64,000 bases of DNA from Hypanus sabinus (lineage: Eukaryota), in assembly GCF_030144855.1 (NCBI RefSeq), contig NC_082730.1, positions 3,720,001 through 3,784,000 on the forward strand. The letters are read 5' to 3'. Under the pieces are notes generated by a model. The model was not told the origin of the DNA. It did not search any database and saw only the letters and a list, made by a program, of their open reading frames with translations. The number at the start of each line of letters is the position of its first letter. Within the stretch, counting starts at the first letter, position 1. Below, in pieces: positions 1-13,269 of the stretch. A program made the translations under genes and the position numbers.

Positions 1-578
1 AGGCTTTGTGGCCAAGTTTGCGGCTGACATGACGACAGGTGAACAATGAAGGAGCAGATAATGTTGAGAAAGCAGACTGTCCAGAAAAGGATTTCGGCAG
101 ATTAGGAAAAGGGGCAAAGAAGTGGCAGATGGAATAGTGTTGAGTAGTGTTTGGTTATGCACTTTGCTAGAATGGATTAAAAAAGAGAATATTTTCTCAA
201 TGTACAGAAAATTCAAAGCAGAGGTGTAAATAGACTTTCATTTCCTGAAGATTTTTAAGACTGTAATATATAGGTGCAGAATTAAACCATTTGGCCCATC
301 TAGTCTACTCTGCCATTTTAGTATATTTGATCCATTTTGCTCTCAGCTCCAATATCCTGCCTTCGTCTGGTATCCCTTCATGTCCTGACTAATCAAGAAT
401 CTATCAAACTCTGCCTTAATATATCCCATGACTTGGCATCCACATCCACCTGTGGCAATGAAGTCCATAGATTGAAGGTATCTGGCACAAGAAATTCCTC
501 CTCACCTCAATTCTAAGATGATGTCCCTCTGTTCTGAGTCTGTATCCTCTGGTTGTAGACTCCTCCACCATAGGAATC

Positions 579-2170
579 TGTTACAAGGTGGAGGCAAGGG
601 TGCTGGGAGATGACCCACAAGCAGGACACAAACATGTCTTTCTTAGGTTCAATAAAATAGGGTTTATTACTGGCTACACAGAGAACTGGGAAATCAAGGA
701 GGACAAAGAGAAACACGAACCTCAGATTAGGAGACTAGGGACTTGGATCACCGTGGGCATGACTTAGACACTGGGAACATGGACTGCCATGGACCTTGGA
801 CTTGGACATTGGGAACTTGGATCATCGTGGCCATGACTGGGACCCTGGGGACTGGGACCGTCGCGGACGATGGACTTGGAGACAGGGAACTTAAACCGCT
901 GCGGACCTTGGACCTGGAGACTGGAAACTTGGATCGCCGTGGACCTTGGACTTGGACACTGGGAACATGGACCACTGTGGACCTTAGACTTGGAGACTGG
1001 GAAGTTGGACCGCCGTGAACCATGGACTTAGAGACTGGGAACATGGACCGCCGTGGACCTTGGACTTGGACACTGGGAACATGGACCACTGCGGACCTTA
1101 GACTTGGAGACTGGGAAGTTGGACCGCCGTGAACCATGGACTTAGAGACTGGGAACATGGACCGCCGTGGACCTTGAACTTGGACACTGGGAACATGGAC
1201 CGCCGTGGACCTTGGACTTGGAGACTGGGAACTTGGATCGCCGTGGACCTTGGACTTGGACACTGGGAACATGGACCACTGTGGACCTTAGACTTGGAGA
1301 GAGGGAACTTGGATCGCCGTGGACCTTGGACTTGGACACTGGGAACATGGACCACTGTGGACCTTAGACTTGGAGAGAGGGAACTTGGATCGCCGTGGAC
1401 CTTGGACTTGGACACTGGGAATATGGACCACTGTGGACCTTAGACTTGGAGACTGGGAAGTTGGACCGCCGTGAACCATGGACTTAGAGACTGGGAACAT
1501 GGACCGCCGTGGACCTTAGGCTTGGAGACAGGGAACTTGGATCGCCGCGGACCTTGGAGTTAGACTCTGGGAACATAGACTGCCGTGGACCTTGGACTTG
1601 GACATTGGGAACGGATCATCACGGACCTTGGACTTGGAGACTAGGACCTTGATTCAATGCAGCCAGAATGTGGACACCATGGATTGCCGCAGCCAGAAAT
1701 GTGGACACCATGGATCGCTGCAGCCAGAAACATGGACACCAAACACAGGACAGGAACGTCTAGCCAGGATTCCGCCTTCAACTCAGGCACCGAGCCGGGA
1801 CTCTTCTTCGAGGGATAGACACGGACTCTGGGCTTGAACGTCAAGTCAGGATTCCGCCTTCAACTCACCCCTGGCAGCTTGACCTTGCCCGGACCCTCTC
1901 TGGTGAAGGAAGGTGAATTGCTGGCACTCTGATGCCTAATAACTCTGGCTGGTGGTAGTGACAGCAACTTGCTAAGGCTTCCTAACACTCTCGCCCCGAA
2001 TGGCTAAAGCCAGGGGCTTATAAGCTGCCAGTTCAGGTCGAGAGTAGATAACCTTAATGGCCAAGCTCAACGGACATGTGAAACGGAATTAGAAGGGAAC
2101 AAGGAGTCAATAGTCTGGATCATAACGCATTCTAACTAAATTTACAGGGGAACCAATCCGGACCATGACA
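579..2170 (-). mobile_element. Solo LTR (superfamily uncertain) with internal minisatellite
   Basis: Termini TGTCATG...GTAACA on minus strand; 6-bp direct repeat GGAATC at 573-578 and 2171-2176; AATAAA near minus-strand 3' end; removing it rejoins a CR1/SINE-type flank (ccata-ggaatc-atactctccacatc). Confidence 0.75.
739..1648. repeat. 38-bp minisatellite (~23 units) with 114-bp higher-order trimer
   Basis: Units such as ggaccttggacttggacactgggaacatggaccactgt; ORF 748-1272 repeats a 38-aa block (=114 bp). Confidence 0.9.
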
Positions 2171-2689
2171 GGAATCATACTCTCCACATCAATTCTTATT
2201 GAGGACTTTTACCATTCGATGGGTTTCCAGTGACAGAAGGCCCAGAGCCACCAAGTGATTCTCTTATGATGAGCCTTTCAATCCCAGAATTACTTCAGTG
2301 AATCTCCTTTGAAACCTCTCCAATGTCAACACATGCTTTCTCGGATACTTTCCTATAGTCTGGGTGGATTCAAAATGCAAAGAATGAATTTCATTTGGAA
2401 TCTACATGAAATGAACTGGAGACACGGAGATTCACTGAAGAAAGGGATGTAGCTTTTGATGCCTCATTTTCAACAAGAAGGGAAATAGCGACCAGCTTCC
2501 CAGAAAGGAAACAGTGCAATCTATTTACATTCCTGGGAGTCATTCAGATAAATGCTACAATGAAGATTACTGAGGAAGAAGAGTTTGCAGAGATGTGTGT
2601 AATGTATTGGAAGGAATCACCATAGGCATCAATGGGTAAGAAATGACAAGCAGTGAGTCACAGCAGTCATAGTGAGCCCTCCAATTAGA

Positions 2690-3496
2690 TAAGCTTCAAC
2701 TTTATTGTCGTTGTGCCGAATACAGATACAAAGCCAAATGAAATGCAGTTAGCATCTAACCAGAAATGCAAAGAATAGTATTATTTACAAAATAACTGCA
2801 AATAAAAAGTAAGTGCTACAGCTTACAGATATAAAAGTACTGTGACAGTACAATATGGTGCAGTACTGGTTAGCACTGTGATGTGAGGTTCAGCAGGGTC
2901 AGAGCCTCAGGGAAGAAGCTCTTCCTCTGCCTGATGGGGCGGGAGTGGAGGCTCCTGTAGTGCCTACTGGATGAGGGGAGAGTAAAATGTCCATGGTTAG
3001 GGTGAGATGCATCCTTGATAATGCTTTTTGCCCTGCCCAGGCAGTGTTTATGGTAGATGTTCTCAATGATGGGCAATTAGGTGCCAATAATCTGCTGTAC
3101 AGTTTTCACCACATGCTGGAGTGCTTTGCGTTTCGATACGGGACAACTGCCATACCGCACTGAAATGCAGTTGGTGAGTATGTACTCAATGCTACAGCAG
3201 AAAAAGTCCATCAGTATCCTGGGACAGAGGTGAGCTTTCTTGATGCTCCACAGCAAATAAAGGTTCTGTTGCACCTTTTTGATAAGGATGGAGAAGTTCA
3301 GGGACCAGATAAGATGCTTGGAAATGTGGGCACCAAGGAACTTGAAGCTTGGTACATGCTCCACTACAGCTCAGTTGATGTAGATGGAGACGTGAGTGTG
3401 GTTCCTAGCATGCCTGAAGTCCACAATGATCTCTCTGGTCTTCTGCGTATTAAGGGCCAGGTTGTTGTCGGCACTTATTGGCAAATGTTAACATGA
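2690..3496 (-). mobile_element. Rex1/Babar-type LINE 3' fragment (decayed RT C-terminus)
   Basis: FKFLGAHISKHLIWS...KKVQQNLYLL...ILTNCISVRYG...KALQHVVKT motifs, broken by stops/frameshifts. Confidence 0.8.
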
Positions 3497-3552
3497 CTTG
3501 GATGATGGGAACAAATGAGATTAGAGACCGTGTTGTAAAAGGCACTAAGAAG

Positions 3553-4090
3553 CATAGAAACATAGAAACATAGAGAAAAGGTGCAGGAGTAGACCATTCG
3601 GCCCTTCGAGCCTGCACCGCCATTCAGTATGATCATGGATGATCATCCAACTCAGAACCCTGTACCTGCTTTCTCTCCATACCCCCTGATCCCTTTAGCC
3701 ACAAGGGCCATATCTAACTTCCTCTTAAATATAGCCAATGAACCGGCCTCAAATGTTTCCTGTGGCAGAGAATTCCACAGATTCACCACTCTCTGTGTGA
3801 AGAAGTTTTTCCTCATCTCGGTCCTAAAAGGTTTCCCCTTTATCCTTAAACTGTGACCCCTTGTTCTGGACTTCCCCAACGTCGGAAACAATCTTCCTGC
3901 GTCTAGCCTGTCCAATCCCTTTAGAATTTTATACATTTCAATAAGATCCCCACTCAATCTTCTAAATTCCAGTGGGTATAATCCTAGTCAATCCAGTCTT
4001 TCTTCATATGAAAGTCCTGCCATCCCAGGAATCAATCTGGTGAACCTTCTTTGTACTCCCTCTATGGCAAGAATGTCTTTCCTCAGATTA
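3553..4090 (-). mobile_element. CR1 LINE 3' fragment
   Basis: GDLIEMYKILKGLDRLD...TRGHSLRI...RKNFFTQRVVNLWNSLP; (CATAGAAA)n tail at 3553-3575. Confidence 0.9.
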
Positions 4091-4204
4091 GGGGATTATA
4101 ATAGAGTACAGACAGATTAAACGAGTGTGAAAAGATCTTACCATGTGGAAAGATCTTACCATCTTACCATGAAGAACCATGTGGAAATATGTGTGGTTAT
4201 AATC

Positions 4205-4950
4205 ATGAGAAAGTCTGCTGACACTGGAAATCCAAGGCAAGACACACAAAACGCTGTTGGAACTCAAGCAGGTCAAGCAGCATATATGGACAAGAGTAAA
4301 CAGTCAACATTTTGTTCCGAGACTCTTCTTCAGGACTGAGAAAGAAAGGAGAAGTAGCAGAATGAAAATCTGGGGGGAGGGGAAGGAGGCTACCTGGAAG
4401 GTAATAGGTGAAGCCAGGTGGGTTGGAAAGATCAGTGGCTGGAGAAGAAGGAATCTGATAGGAGAGGAGAGTGGACCACAGGAGAAAGGGAAGGAGGAGG
4501 GGACCTGGGGAAGTAATAGGCATGTGAGAACAAGTAAAAAGTTAAAGTTGAGAATAGAGGAACTGGCAATGAGGTTGTTCATCTCGGCAGGAAAAATAAT
4601 AAAGAACATTATCGAAATGGGGAGAGATCACAGTCATAGAATCATACAGCACAAATTACAAGCTTTTTAGCCTTCTCCAGCCCTTTTTCTCTTTCACCAA
4701 TCAACTTCCCAGTTCTTTACTTCACCTTATCCCCCTCTCCTGGTTTCACCTATTGCCTCCCACCTTGTACTTCTTCCTCCCTTCCCCCCCACCTTCTTAG
4801 GCTGTCTTCTCCCCTTCCTTTCCTATCTTGATTAAGAGTCCAGACCTAAGAAGTTGACTGTTTATTCATTTACATGGATGCTGCCTGACCTGCTGTGTTC
4901 ACTGCGCATTTTCTGTATGTTGCTTTGGATTTCCAGCATCTGCAGATTTT
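4205..4950. mobile_element. Inverted pair of Penelope-like element 3' ends with two degenerate hammerhead motifs
   Basis: Arms ~4205-4520 and ~4680-4950 are reverse complements; hammerhead-like motifs at 4301-4338 (-) and ~4825-4860 (+). Confidence 0.7.
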
Positions 4951-5411
4951 CTTGTGTTGGTCCTTCAGCCTGTGATGTCTAATTACACTAACCCATTTAG
5001 CACCTCTTGGCCCATAGCTTTTCGTGGCTTGGAAGTTCAGATGTTTGCTCAGGAATTTTAATGTGTTGGAGCACCTGCCCACACCAACTTCTTAGGCAGT
5101 TGGTTCCAGACTTCAAATGGTCTCTGGGAGAAAAAATAATCTTCCTCAGATGTCCTACAAGCCATTTATCGCTCACGTTCAACTTACGTTCTCTGTTCTT
5201 CAAAACTTCTGCCATTGTGTGAATTTTTTTATCATTGCTCTTTTGTAGTCTGTGATAGGATCCCCACCAGCCTCCTCTGTTCCATGGAAAGCACATCCAG
5301 CCAATCCAGTCACCACTGGATTACTAACCAATAAAGAAGCACCTATTTAAATAATGCAAAACAAAGAAGCTTCAAAGCTTTCTAGAATTATACTTTGTAT
5401 AATCACTAGAG

Positions 5412-5775
5412 CAGAGGTTCTTAAAACGTTTTATGCTATTCACCCTCTGACAGTCCAGTGAAGCCTATAGACCCCTTCTCAGAATAGAATATTTAAATAT
5501 ATAAAAAATAAAATATGTAGGATTACAAAAGAAACCAATTATATTAAAACTCAGTTTTCAAAATGGTAAAAGAAAATAATTTTGTGATAGGATCTCAATG
5601 AAGACATTAAGTAACAAGTAGTGACGAACAGTATAGACAACAAGTAACAAATGATATTTTGAGATATTTGTAACAACTGTTATGTGATATGAAAATATCT
5701 ATGATCTCTATCAGTAACAATGTCACAGGAACTGATAATACCACTGTGGTTTGTTGCCTATGTTCGTAATTCAAG
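5412..5775 (+). mobile_element. hAT-Charlie (Charlie1-like) non-autonomous DNA transposon fragment
   Basis: Starts CAGAGGTTCTTAAA (Charlie-type TIR) after CACTAGAG (resembles NTCTAGAN target); internal text resembles recalled Charlie1 consensus; truncated by a LINE tail at ~5772. Confidence 0.6.
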
Positions 5776-6659
5776 ATTCAAAGATTCAAAGTACATTTAT
5801 CAATATATGTTTGCAGTGTACAATCCTGAGATTCGTCTTCCTCACAGACAGCCACAAAACAAAGAAAACCATGGAATCCGTTCAAAGAAATACATCAAAA
5901 CCCACCCCCACATGCAAAAAAAACCAGATCACCACATAGCAACAAAAAGAATCGAGAAACACAGAACATAAAACAGAAAATTGAAAAAGTCCAGGCATAT
6001 GCAGTTCATTAACTGCAGGCAGCCCCAGTAAAAAACACCCAAAATAGCAACAAGAAAGTAGAAGCCAGAAATCAGAAACACATCATAACGTGAGTCCAGT
6101 CTCCAAACCTCATTGATTAAATCTTGTTCAAGACCCAGAGCTCAAGCACAATCTTCTGACAGGTTGAAGACAGGAGACACCATTCGACTGCAGGGGCCTT
6201 CCTTCAGAAGCAGCAAGCAAGAGAAAGAGAGAGACCATAACACACAGACACTTTATGCAGCAGCAGAGAGCAAGAGACTGGTATATGATGCTAAACATGC
6301 GTTCACCTTCCACAGTCACTTCAATCTCCCTTGGCGCTTTAATCAGTGAGGATAGTGAGAAGTGGAGACCATCAAGACTCCATGTTTCCTGGCCTCAAGT
6401 ATGCACATTTTGTTCCTCACAGAACCCTCTTGGAGACACAAAGCACCAGATCACTCAACTGGCCCGACATCACACCACCAAAATTTACATCACTGCTTCC
6501 AACAATAGCAGAATGACACTTTAAAAAAATCGACGACATGAAAGAAGCTAAGGACATTGATTCATGAACCACCTGCAAGATGCTGGCCTTGGTTATATTG
6601 TTCACTGGTGCCATCTTACTCCTGCACCTACTGTCTATTGTCTATTGACAGCATTGATT

Positions 6660-7090
6660 CCTCTGAGATGCAGAGCGATCTGTGCATCTGAAAATTTGAA
6701 TCACAAACATCCTGTAAGCAGACACAGTAAGAAGTTAGCAAACCTAACAGAGTGTTGATATCTTTTAGAAACTGAGTTGAACACAGAAGAGGAAATGTTA
6801 TGCCCCTGCTATACAGGGCATTGGTGTGACCATATCTTGAGTACTGTGTACTATGTGGTTTCATTGAAAACTGCAGCACAGAAGCAGACCCATTAATTAC
6901 ATAGGCAAGATGTCAATGAGTTAAGAGAAGCTTACGTGCAATGAGTGTGTTATCTTATGAGGAAAGGTTGAACAAGCTGAACTAGTTCAGATGAGTGAGC
7001 GGACCTGAAATACAACCTCATAGAGACTTGAGTGTGTGCAAATGAAGAGTATGTTTCTTCTTGTAGGAGAGTCTAGGGGAAGAGATAATT
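6660..7090 (+). mobile_element. Degenerate CR1 ORF2 C-terminal fragment
   Basis: Remnant of LYRALVRPHLEYCV-type motif at ~6810-6850; many stops. Confidence 0.55.
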
Positions 7091-7659
7091 GTAAATGCAA
7101 TCACTTATTCATTAGACCATTACACCATAGGACATAAGAACAGAATTAGGCCATTCAGCCCATTGAGTCTACTCTGTCATTCAATCATTGCTGATTTATT
7201 ATCCCTTTCAACACCAACTCCTGCCTTTTCCCAATGATCTTTGACATCCTAGCTTGTTGAGAACCTATCAACCTCTGCTTTAAATGTCCCTAGCCTCTAC
7301 AGCCATCTGTGGCAATGAATTCCATGGATTCGGCACTATCTGGCTAAAGAAATTTCCCCCTCATCTCCATTGTAAACAGATTTCCTTGTTCCCTGAGGCT
7401 GCTCCTGGTCCTAAAACTCCCCCCTGTAGGAGACACTCACTCCAAGTATGCTTTATCTCGTCCTTTTATTATAGAGATGTAGTGATTTGTTTTTCTTTCA
7501 AGCATGGTGAGTCTTTGGAAATCTTCCTCTAAAGTAATGTATATTATTCAGGCAGAGGGAGGAAGATTCTTGATAGGCAAAAGGTTGAAAATACACTGGA
7601 TATGCAATGGTGCAAGTCAGTTCCAGATATTTGGAAGGTACGGCCCAGATCTAAAACCA

Positions 7660-8210
7660 TCACTAATTTTTATAGATGCACCGTAGAAAGCATTCTTCTA
7701 GGGTGCATCACAACCTGGTATGGAAGTTGTCTTGTCCAAGACCGGAAGAAGCTGTAGAAGATCGTGAACATAGTCCAGCACAACACACAAACCAATTTTC
7801 CATCCTTGGACTCACTTTACACTGCACGCTGTTGGAGCAGTGCTGCCAGGATAATCAAGGATACGACCCACCCAGTCATCAAACTTTTTGTCCCTCTTCT
7901 CTCCGGGAGAAGGTTCAGGAGCTTGAAGATTCGTACGGCCAGATTTGGGAACAGCTTCTTTCCAACTGTGATAAGACTGCTGAACAGATCCTGACCCAGA
8001 TCTAGGCTGTACCTTCCAAATCTCCAGACCTGACTTGCACTACATCACTTTCCCTTTTCTATTTTCTAATTATGATTTATAATTTAAATCTTTATTATAT
8101 TTACTTTGATTTGTACTTTAGGGAGCGCAAAGCGCAGAATCAAATATCGCTGTGATGATTGTATGCTCTAGTATCAATAGTTTGGTGACAATAATGTAAA
8201 GTAAGTATGT
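7660..8210 (+). mobile_element. Rex1/Babar-type LINE 3' fragment
   Basis: ESILLGCITTWYG, ARIIKDTTHP...PSGRRFRSLKIRTARFGNSFFP motifs followed by AT-rich 3' UTR. Confidence 0.8.
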
Positions 8211-9601
8211 TTAGATAGGTTGGGACAACATTGTGGATCAAAGAGCTGCTCTATGTAAAAGAAACTTACAAAATTCTTACAGTCTGGATTCAGGGATGAT
8301 GTTTCCATTAGCCAAGGAGTTTACAATCAAAGATAATCTTCAGATAAGGTGATGATTGAGACCATGAAACACAGAAGAAGAATTAGGCCACTCCTCCAAT
8401 TGTGTCTGCTCCATCCTTCCATCAGTGCTGATATATTTTTCCTCTCAACCCCTTTCACCTGCCTTCTCCCTGTACCCGTTGATGCCCTCATTTATCAAAA
8501 ACCTATCAACCTCCACTCAAATATACCCACCTATTGGAGCTGCCAGTCTTGTTCCTCCCTTCCCCATGTTTCTGTAACGCAATAGCTCGCAAAGTGGTGT
8601 CCACTGACCCCTTGGTTAATGGTTGGGGTCGACGACATACAACATTGGGAACACATGCCGAAAAGTTTGTAATATCCCAGTCTGATGTAGCTATGTATGT
8701 TATTAGTTCATGCATCAAGACTGGTGCAGTCTTACAATAATTCTATCATGGGTATTGGATATATTGAGTATGCACACAAGAAAATGAACCTCAGAATTGT
8801 ATGTGGTGACATACTGTTTGTACATTGATGATAAACTTACATTGAACTTTGGACCCAGTTGCCATGTTTCTTGCAATGAAATTAATCTGACAGTCTGGAC
8901 TGAGACTGGGAAGGGGGTAGGAAAAGGAAAAGGGAGAAGGGAGGGAGCAGGACCCCAGAGAGATATTCTGCAATGATCAATATACCAATTATTTGGAATC
9001 AAATGACCTTGCCTGATGTCTCAGGGCTGGGTGTATCTGCACCCACACAACCCCCACCCCTGACGCTCCTTCTCTGCCATATGTCCCACTGCTCTCCCGT
9101 AGTGCTCCACCCTCACCATTCCCAACATCCTTTGCACCCGCCAGATCTACAAACCCATTCTCCACTCATATATTTGTGCCTTAGGTTATTGCACAGGACT
9201 TTAGTTTTAACCATCTTTAGCAGCCCTAGTAAATCCACCCACCAGAATATTGGTCCCCCTCTAGTCCATGTGCCTCCCATCCCTCTTGCACAGGTCACCT
9301 CTGTCCCTCAAGAGATCCCTATGGACACAAATCTAAATACTTTCCCCCTGCACCAACTTTCAACTGTTCATTCATCTGCTATATCTTCCTATTCTTACCC
9401 TCACTAACTCTTAGCTCAAGGAGTAATTGAGATATTAATGCCCTTGACACCTGCTTTTTAATTTCTTTCCTGACTCCCTATATACACTCCAAAGGACCTC
9501 AACCCTTTTTTGACCTCTGTCATTTGTGCCAATGTGCACAACGATTCCTCCATCTTAGGGTTTTCAGGCAAGCTGGTCTGGCTGCTGGGCGTGCTCCCAC
9601 A

Positions 9602-9955
9602 GTGCCTGGAAGATTCTGGTGCAAAGCTGTTTTCACTGGTTATAAATGAGGCCTTCAAAACCAAAAGGAGCATAGAGCTCTGTTGAAGATTGAGGGTGTT
9701 TACTCCCGTGATGAAACTGAATTTTACCTGGCCAAGAGATGTACCTATCTATACAAGGCAAAGAACAAAACTGTCTCTTCTGGTGGTAAATCAAATAAAA
9801 CTCGTGTTATTTGGAGTAAAGTAACTCCTTCTCATGGGAACAGTGGCATGGTCTGTGCTAAATTCAAAAGTAACCTGCCTGCAGAAGCTATCGGGCACAG
9901 GATTTGGGTGATTCAATAATGTAAAGCAAAGCTGTACATAAATTGAAAATAAATA
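9602..9955 (+). pseudogene. RPL35A: Processed pseudogene of 60S ribosomal protein L35a
   Basis: Intronless (V)[45 protein letters not shown]...[35 protein letters not shown]; start codon GTG, internal TGA, C-terminus lost, AATAAA at ~9948. Confidence 0.93.
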
Positions 9956-11254
9956 GCCAAGTGGTATAAAAACTGATTTCTGGCTGTATCCCATCTTCCT
10001 TGGGAATGTTCTGCAACTACTTCCTTGATATGGCTGAAAGTAGGTGACACGCCATTCCAAAGCTCCTGTCTGTCACCAGGGAAATCTCCTGTCTGTCACT
10101 CTATTAAGTTTCCTATCATCATAGTCCTTTCTGCCTTCAGCCTTCCATGCTAAGCCTCAAAGCCAGTCCTAGTGCCACCGCCTTGGTTGCTGCTTTCTCC
10201 TGAACAGTCAAGGGGAATGGTCATGGAGGAATCCTGCACTCTGTGTACCCCTTCCCTCCGTCCCACTGCTCAGACTACTACCAGCAGCCTGGACCAAGGA
10301 ACGACCCCCTCACTGAAACCATGATGCCCTCAGCATCCTGGATAATTCATAATGCGTCAAGCTCTAGCTCCTTAGCACAGTTAGCTATGAGCAGCAGCTG
10401 GCCACACTTACCACAGGCGTAGTCCTCAGGCACTCAGTGTCTCCCTGATCTCCCATATCCTGCAGACAGGCACACCACTACCCTAGTGCACAGACTGATC
10501 CCGCTGAATCTGCTTCAACACCTGTACATATTTGGATTTCCAAACTATGTTTTAAATAGAGATAGATTTCACATCAGTAAAAGCATCAGGGATTATGAAT
10601 AAAGGGCAGGAAAGTGAACAATCCAATTGAATATCCACACAAAGAGGCTACTTACTCTACATTCTGCCCTTCAAGTGTCACGTACAGTGGGTTCCTGCCC
10701 CTATCTATTTTCCAACAATTTATCATTTGCTCAATCCTTACTAAACCTTCCTGGGAGCTGGGGGAATGTTACCTGCATGTGGTAACTCTTGATGGGTTGC
10801 TTCTTGAAGTCAGGTGTGCAAGGAACTTATGTACCCCTGTCCTGCGAGATGTTACTTCCTTCTTTCTTAGTGGTTTTTGTCCTGATTCACATGGAGCTAT
10901 TTAAATCATAGTTGCTGTTTGCACAAGGTTAATTATCTCAAAGGAGGATTCTGCTGAAACCATCCGATAGAAAGGTGTCTGGGATCCCGGTCTGGATCAA
11001 TATACACACTTGCAACATGCACAGCAACCTGCCCATGAACAGAAGGAAAGATAGACAATCTTTTAACTCATGTTCAATTTCAACCTTCAGCAACATTATA
11101 AGCTGATATTTTTCCCCATGAGTGAAACAACACAATCAGAATTCTATTTACATATGATAGGAAAATGATTCTGGGATTGAAAGGCTTCTCATATGAAGAT
11201 CTTTTAATAGCTCTGGCCTCCTCCCACTGGAAATCAGAAGAATGACAGGTAACC

Positions 11255-11490
11255 ACATTGAATGGTGAAAGGCCTTGATCAAGTGGATGTGGAGAGGATG
11301 TTTCTGATGGTGGAGAAATCTAAGGCCAGAGGATACAGCCTCAGAATAGAGGAGCATCCTTTTCGAATGGAGAAGAGGAGGAATTTCTTTAGCCAAAGAG
11401 TGGCATATCTGTGGAATTTGTTGGCTTTGAAGGTCAAGTCATTGAGTATATTTAAGGCAGGCATTAATAGATTCTTCTTTGGTCAGGGCA
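11255..11490 (+). mobile_element. CR1 3' fragment
   Basis: VKGLDQVDVERMF...RRNFFSQRVAYLWN. Confidence 0.8.
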
Positions 11491-11499
11491 TGACCCTGC

Positions 11500-12210
11500 C
11501 AGAGTTGACATGTGTCTGATGTCGGCTCCAACCTCGCTCGGAATTGTGACTTCACCCTTGAAACAGTCTCATACAAGTCATACCTGTTTTTCTTGTACAG
11601 ATCTGGGTCACCAGACTTAAATGCAACAGATCTGGCCCTCAGCAGACACAATTCCTGGTTCACCCACGGTTGTTGGATTGGGAATGAATAGCGTTTTCTT
11701 CGGCACACTCTCATCCACACAGGTTTTAATGAAGTCGGTAACAAGTGATTTGTTGATGGTAATTATTTTGTGATTGTTTTTTCAGGCTGGCCTGGTTAAA
11801 ATCTGCCAGAATGGTGATGAAGGTATCAGGGTTTGCTGTTTTGTGTATGATGATCCCATTGCTCAGATCATCTAAAGTCTTTGACATTGGCCTAAGGTGG
11901 ACTCTTTTCCACTGCCAAGATGATCACAGAAATCTCCTGTGGCTGGTAAAATGGATGGCACTTAATTGCGAGATATTCCAGGTCTAGTGAAAAGAATTGG
12001 GACAACACTGATATACAGTATTTGTGCACCAAGAGGAGTTGACCATGAGGCATATACCTCTGCCTCTGCTTTTGAGAGGCTTGACAGTCCTATTTGATGG
12101 CGAATAGTAAACCAGTCAATCTGAATCGCTGTGCCTGGTACGGAAGGTGTAACCCAGGATTCCGTCACACAAAGAGCACACACGGTCCTAATGTTCCTCT
12201 GATACGGCAC
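11500..12210 (-). mobile_element. Rex1/Babar-type LINE fragment, AP endonuclease region
   Basis: VCALCVTESWVTPSVP; FPIQQPWVNQE...AFKSGDPDLYKKNRYDL. Confidence 0.75.
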
Positions 12211-12914
12211 CCTTGCACTGAATCTTTGATCTTATTTACCGGAGACTGTACATTTACCAGAACAATGGTCATTCAGCACTGGGAGTCTAAAACCCCGTTC
12301 CCTTAAATGCATTGTATCCCTGACCGGCAGCCATATTTCCTACATGGTATCTGGCAAGAAGTACTGCAACAATTGACATAGCTTCCATTGGTTTTAAGCA
12401 TTATTGCTTATACAATCGCATTAAGTCAACTTTATTAACTGTTCCTGTCCTGGATAACAGTTGTGATTCTCAGCTACTTTCCCATCATGTAAAGACACTG
12501 TCCATCAGAAGGCAATTGCAAACCACTTGTGCAGAGAAATTCGCTGAGAATAATCATAGAAAGACCATCATCACCCACATTTAACAACACAGCACATAGC
12601 GACCAAACAAGCTTCCTACTTCACAATATATTTGACTGCTCCCTGTAAGTAGCTTTACCAATAACTGATGAAGTGAAAAAAGGAAAAAGTCTAGCTCAAA
12701 TTACTGCTACATTCACAGATCATGATACAGAGTCTATACTGGGGATGATTAAAACAATATTGAACAGCCACATTACAGAACATCTTAATGAATTTTTAAA
12801 TGGGACCTCAAGATTCTGATTCACTGATGCCCTGAGTCCAACTCGCAGTGTCCTTCCACACCTTTATAATAAAGTCAGGGTAAAACGTAGCACTTCCTCT
12901 TTTGATGCTCTACA

Positions 12915-13250
12915 CATGCAAAATGCTGGAGGAACTCAGCAAGTCAGGCAGCATCTCTGGAAATGAATGAACAGTCAATGTTTCAGGCTGAGGCCCTTCT
13001 TCAGGACTGGGAAGGAAGGGGGAAGCGACAGAATAAAAAGGGGAGGGGAAGGAGGATAACTGGAAGTTGGTAGGTGAGGATGGTAAAGGGAGGGAGAAGA
13101 AGGACACTGATGGAACAAGAGAGTAATCGGTGGGAGAAACGGAGGAAGGGGAATGAGGCAGAGCTGATAGGAAGGTGAGGAGGAGGGGCCAGAGGAAAAG
13201 AAGAAAAGAGTAGGAGAAATTGATGTTCATGAGATGAACAGACATTTCTT
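12915..13250 (-). mobile_element. Penelope-like element 3' end with hammerhead motif
   Basis: MNINFS C-terminal PLE motif; hammerhead CAGTC-CTGAAGA-A-GGG..CCT-GAAAC-ATT-GACTG at 12972-13009. Confidence 0.75.
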
Positions 13251-13269
13251 CACTCAAAGTATAGAATAT

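Noticed and set aside
743-1500. Multiple overlapping repetitive ORFs (up to 174 aa)
   Set aside because: Translations of the 38-bp minisatellite, open in several frames on both strands; no coding signal.
739-1648. CRISPR-like periodicity
   Set aside because: Units are contiguous with no unique spacers, no cas genes, and the context is vertebrate.
2293-2445. 15-bp inverted repeat cttcagtgaatctcc / ggagattcactgaag
   Set aside because: Explained by two fragments of common CR1-type repeat sequence in opposite orientation.
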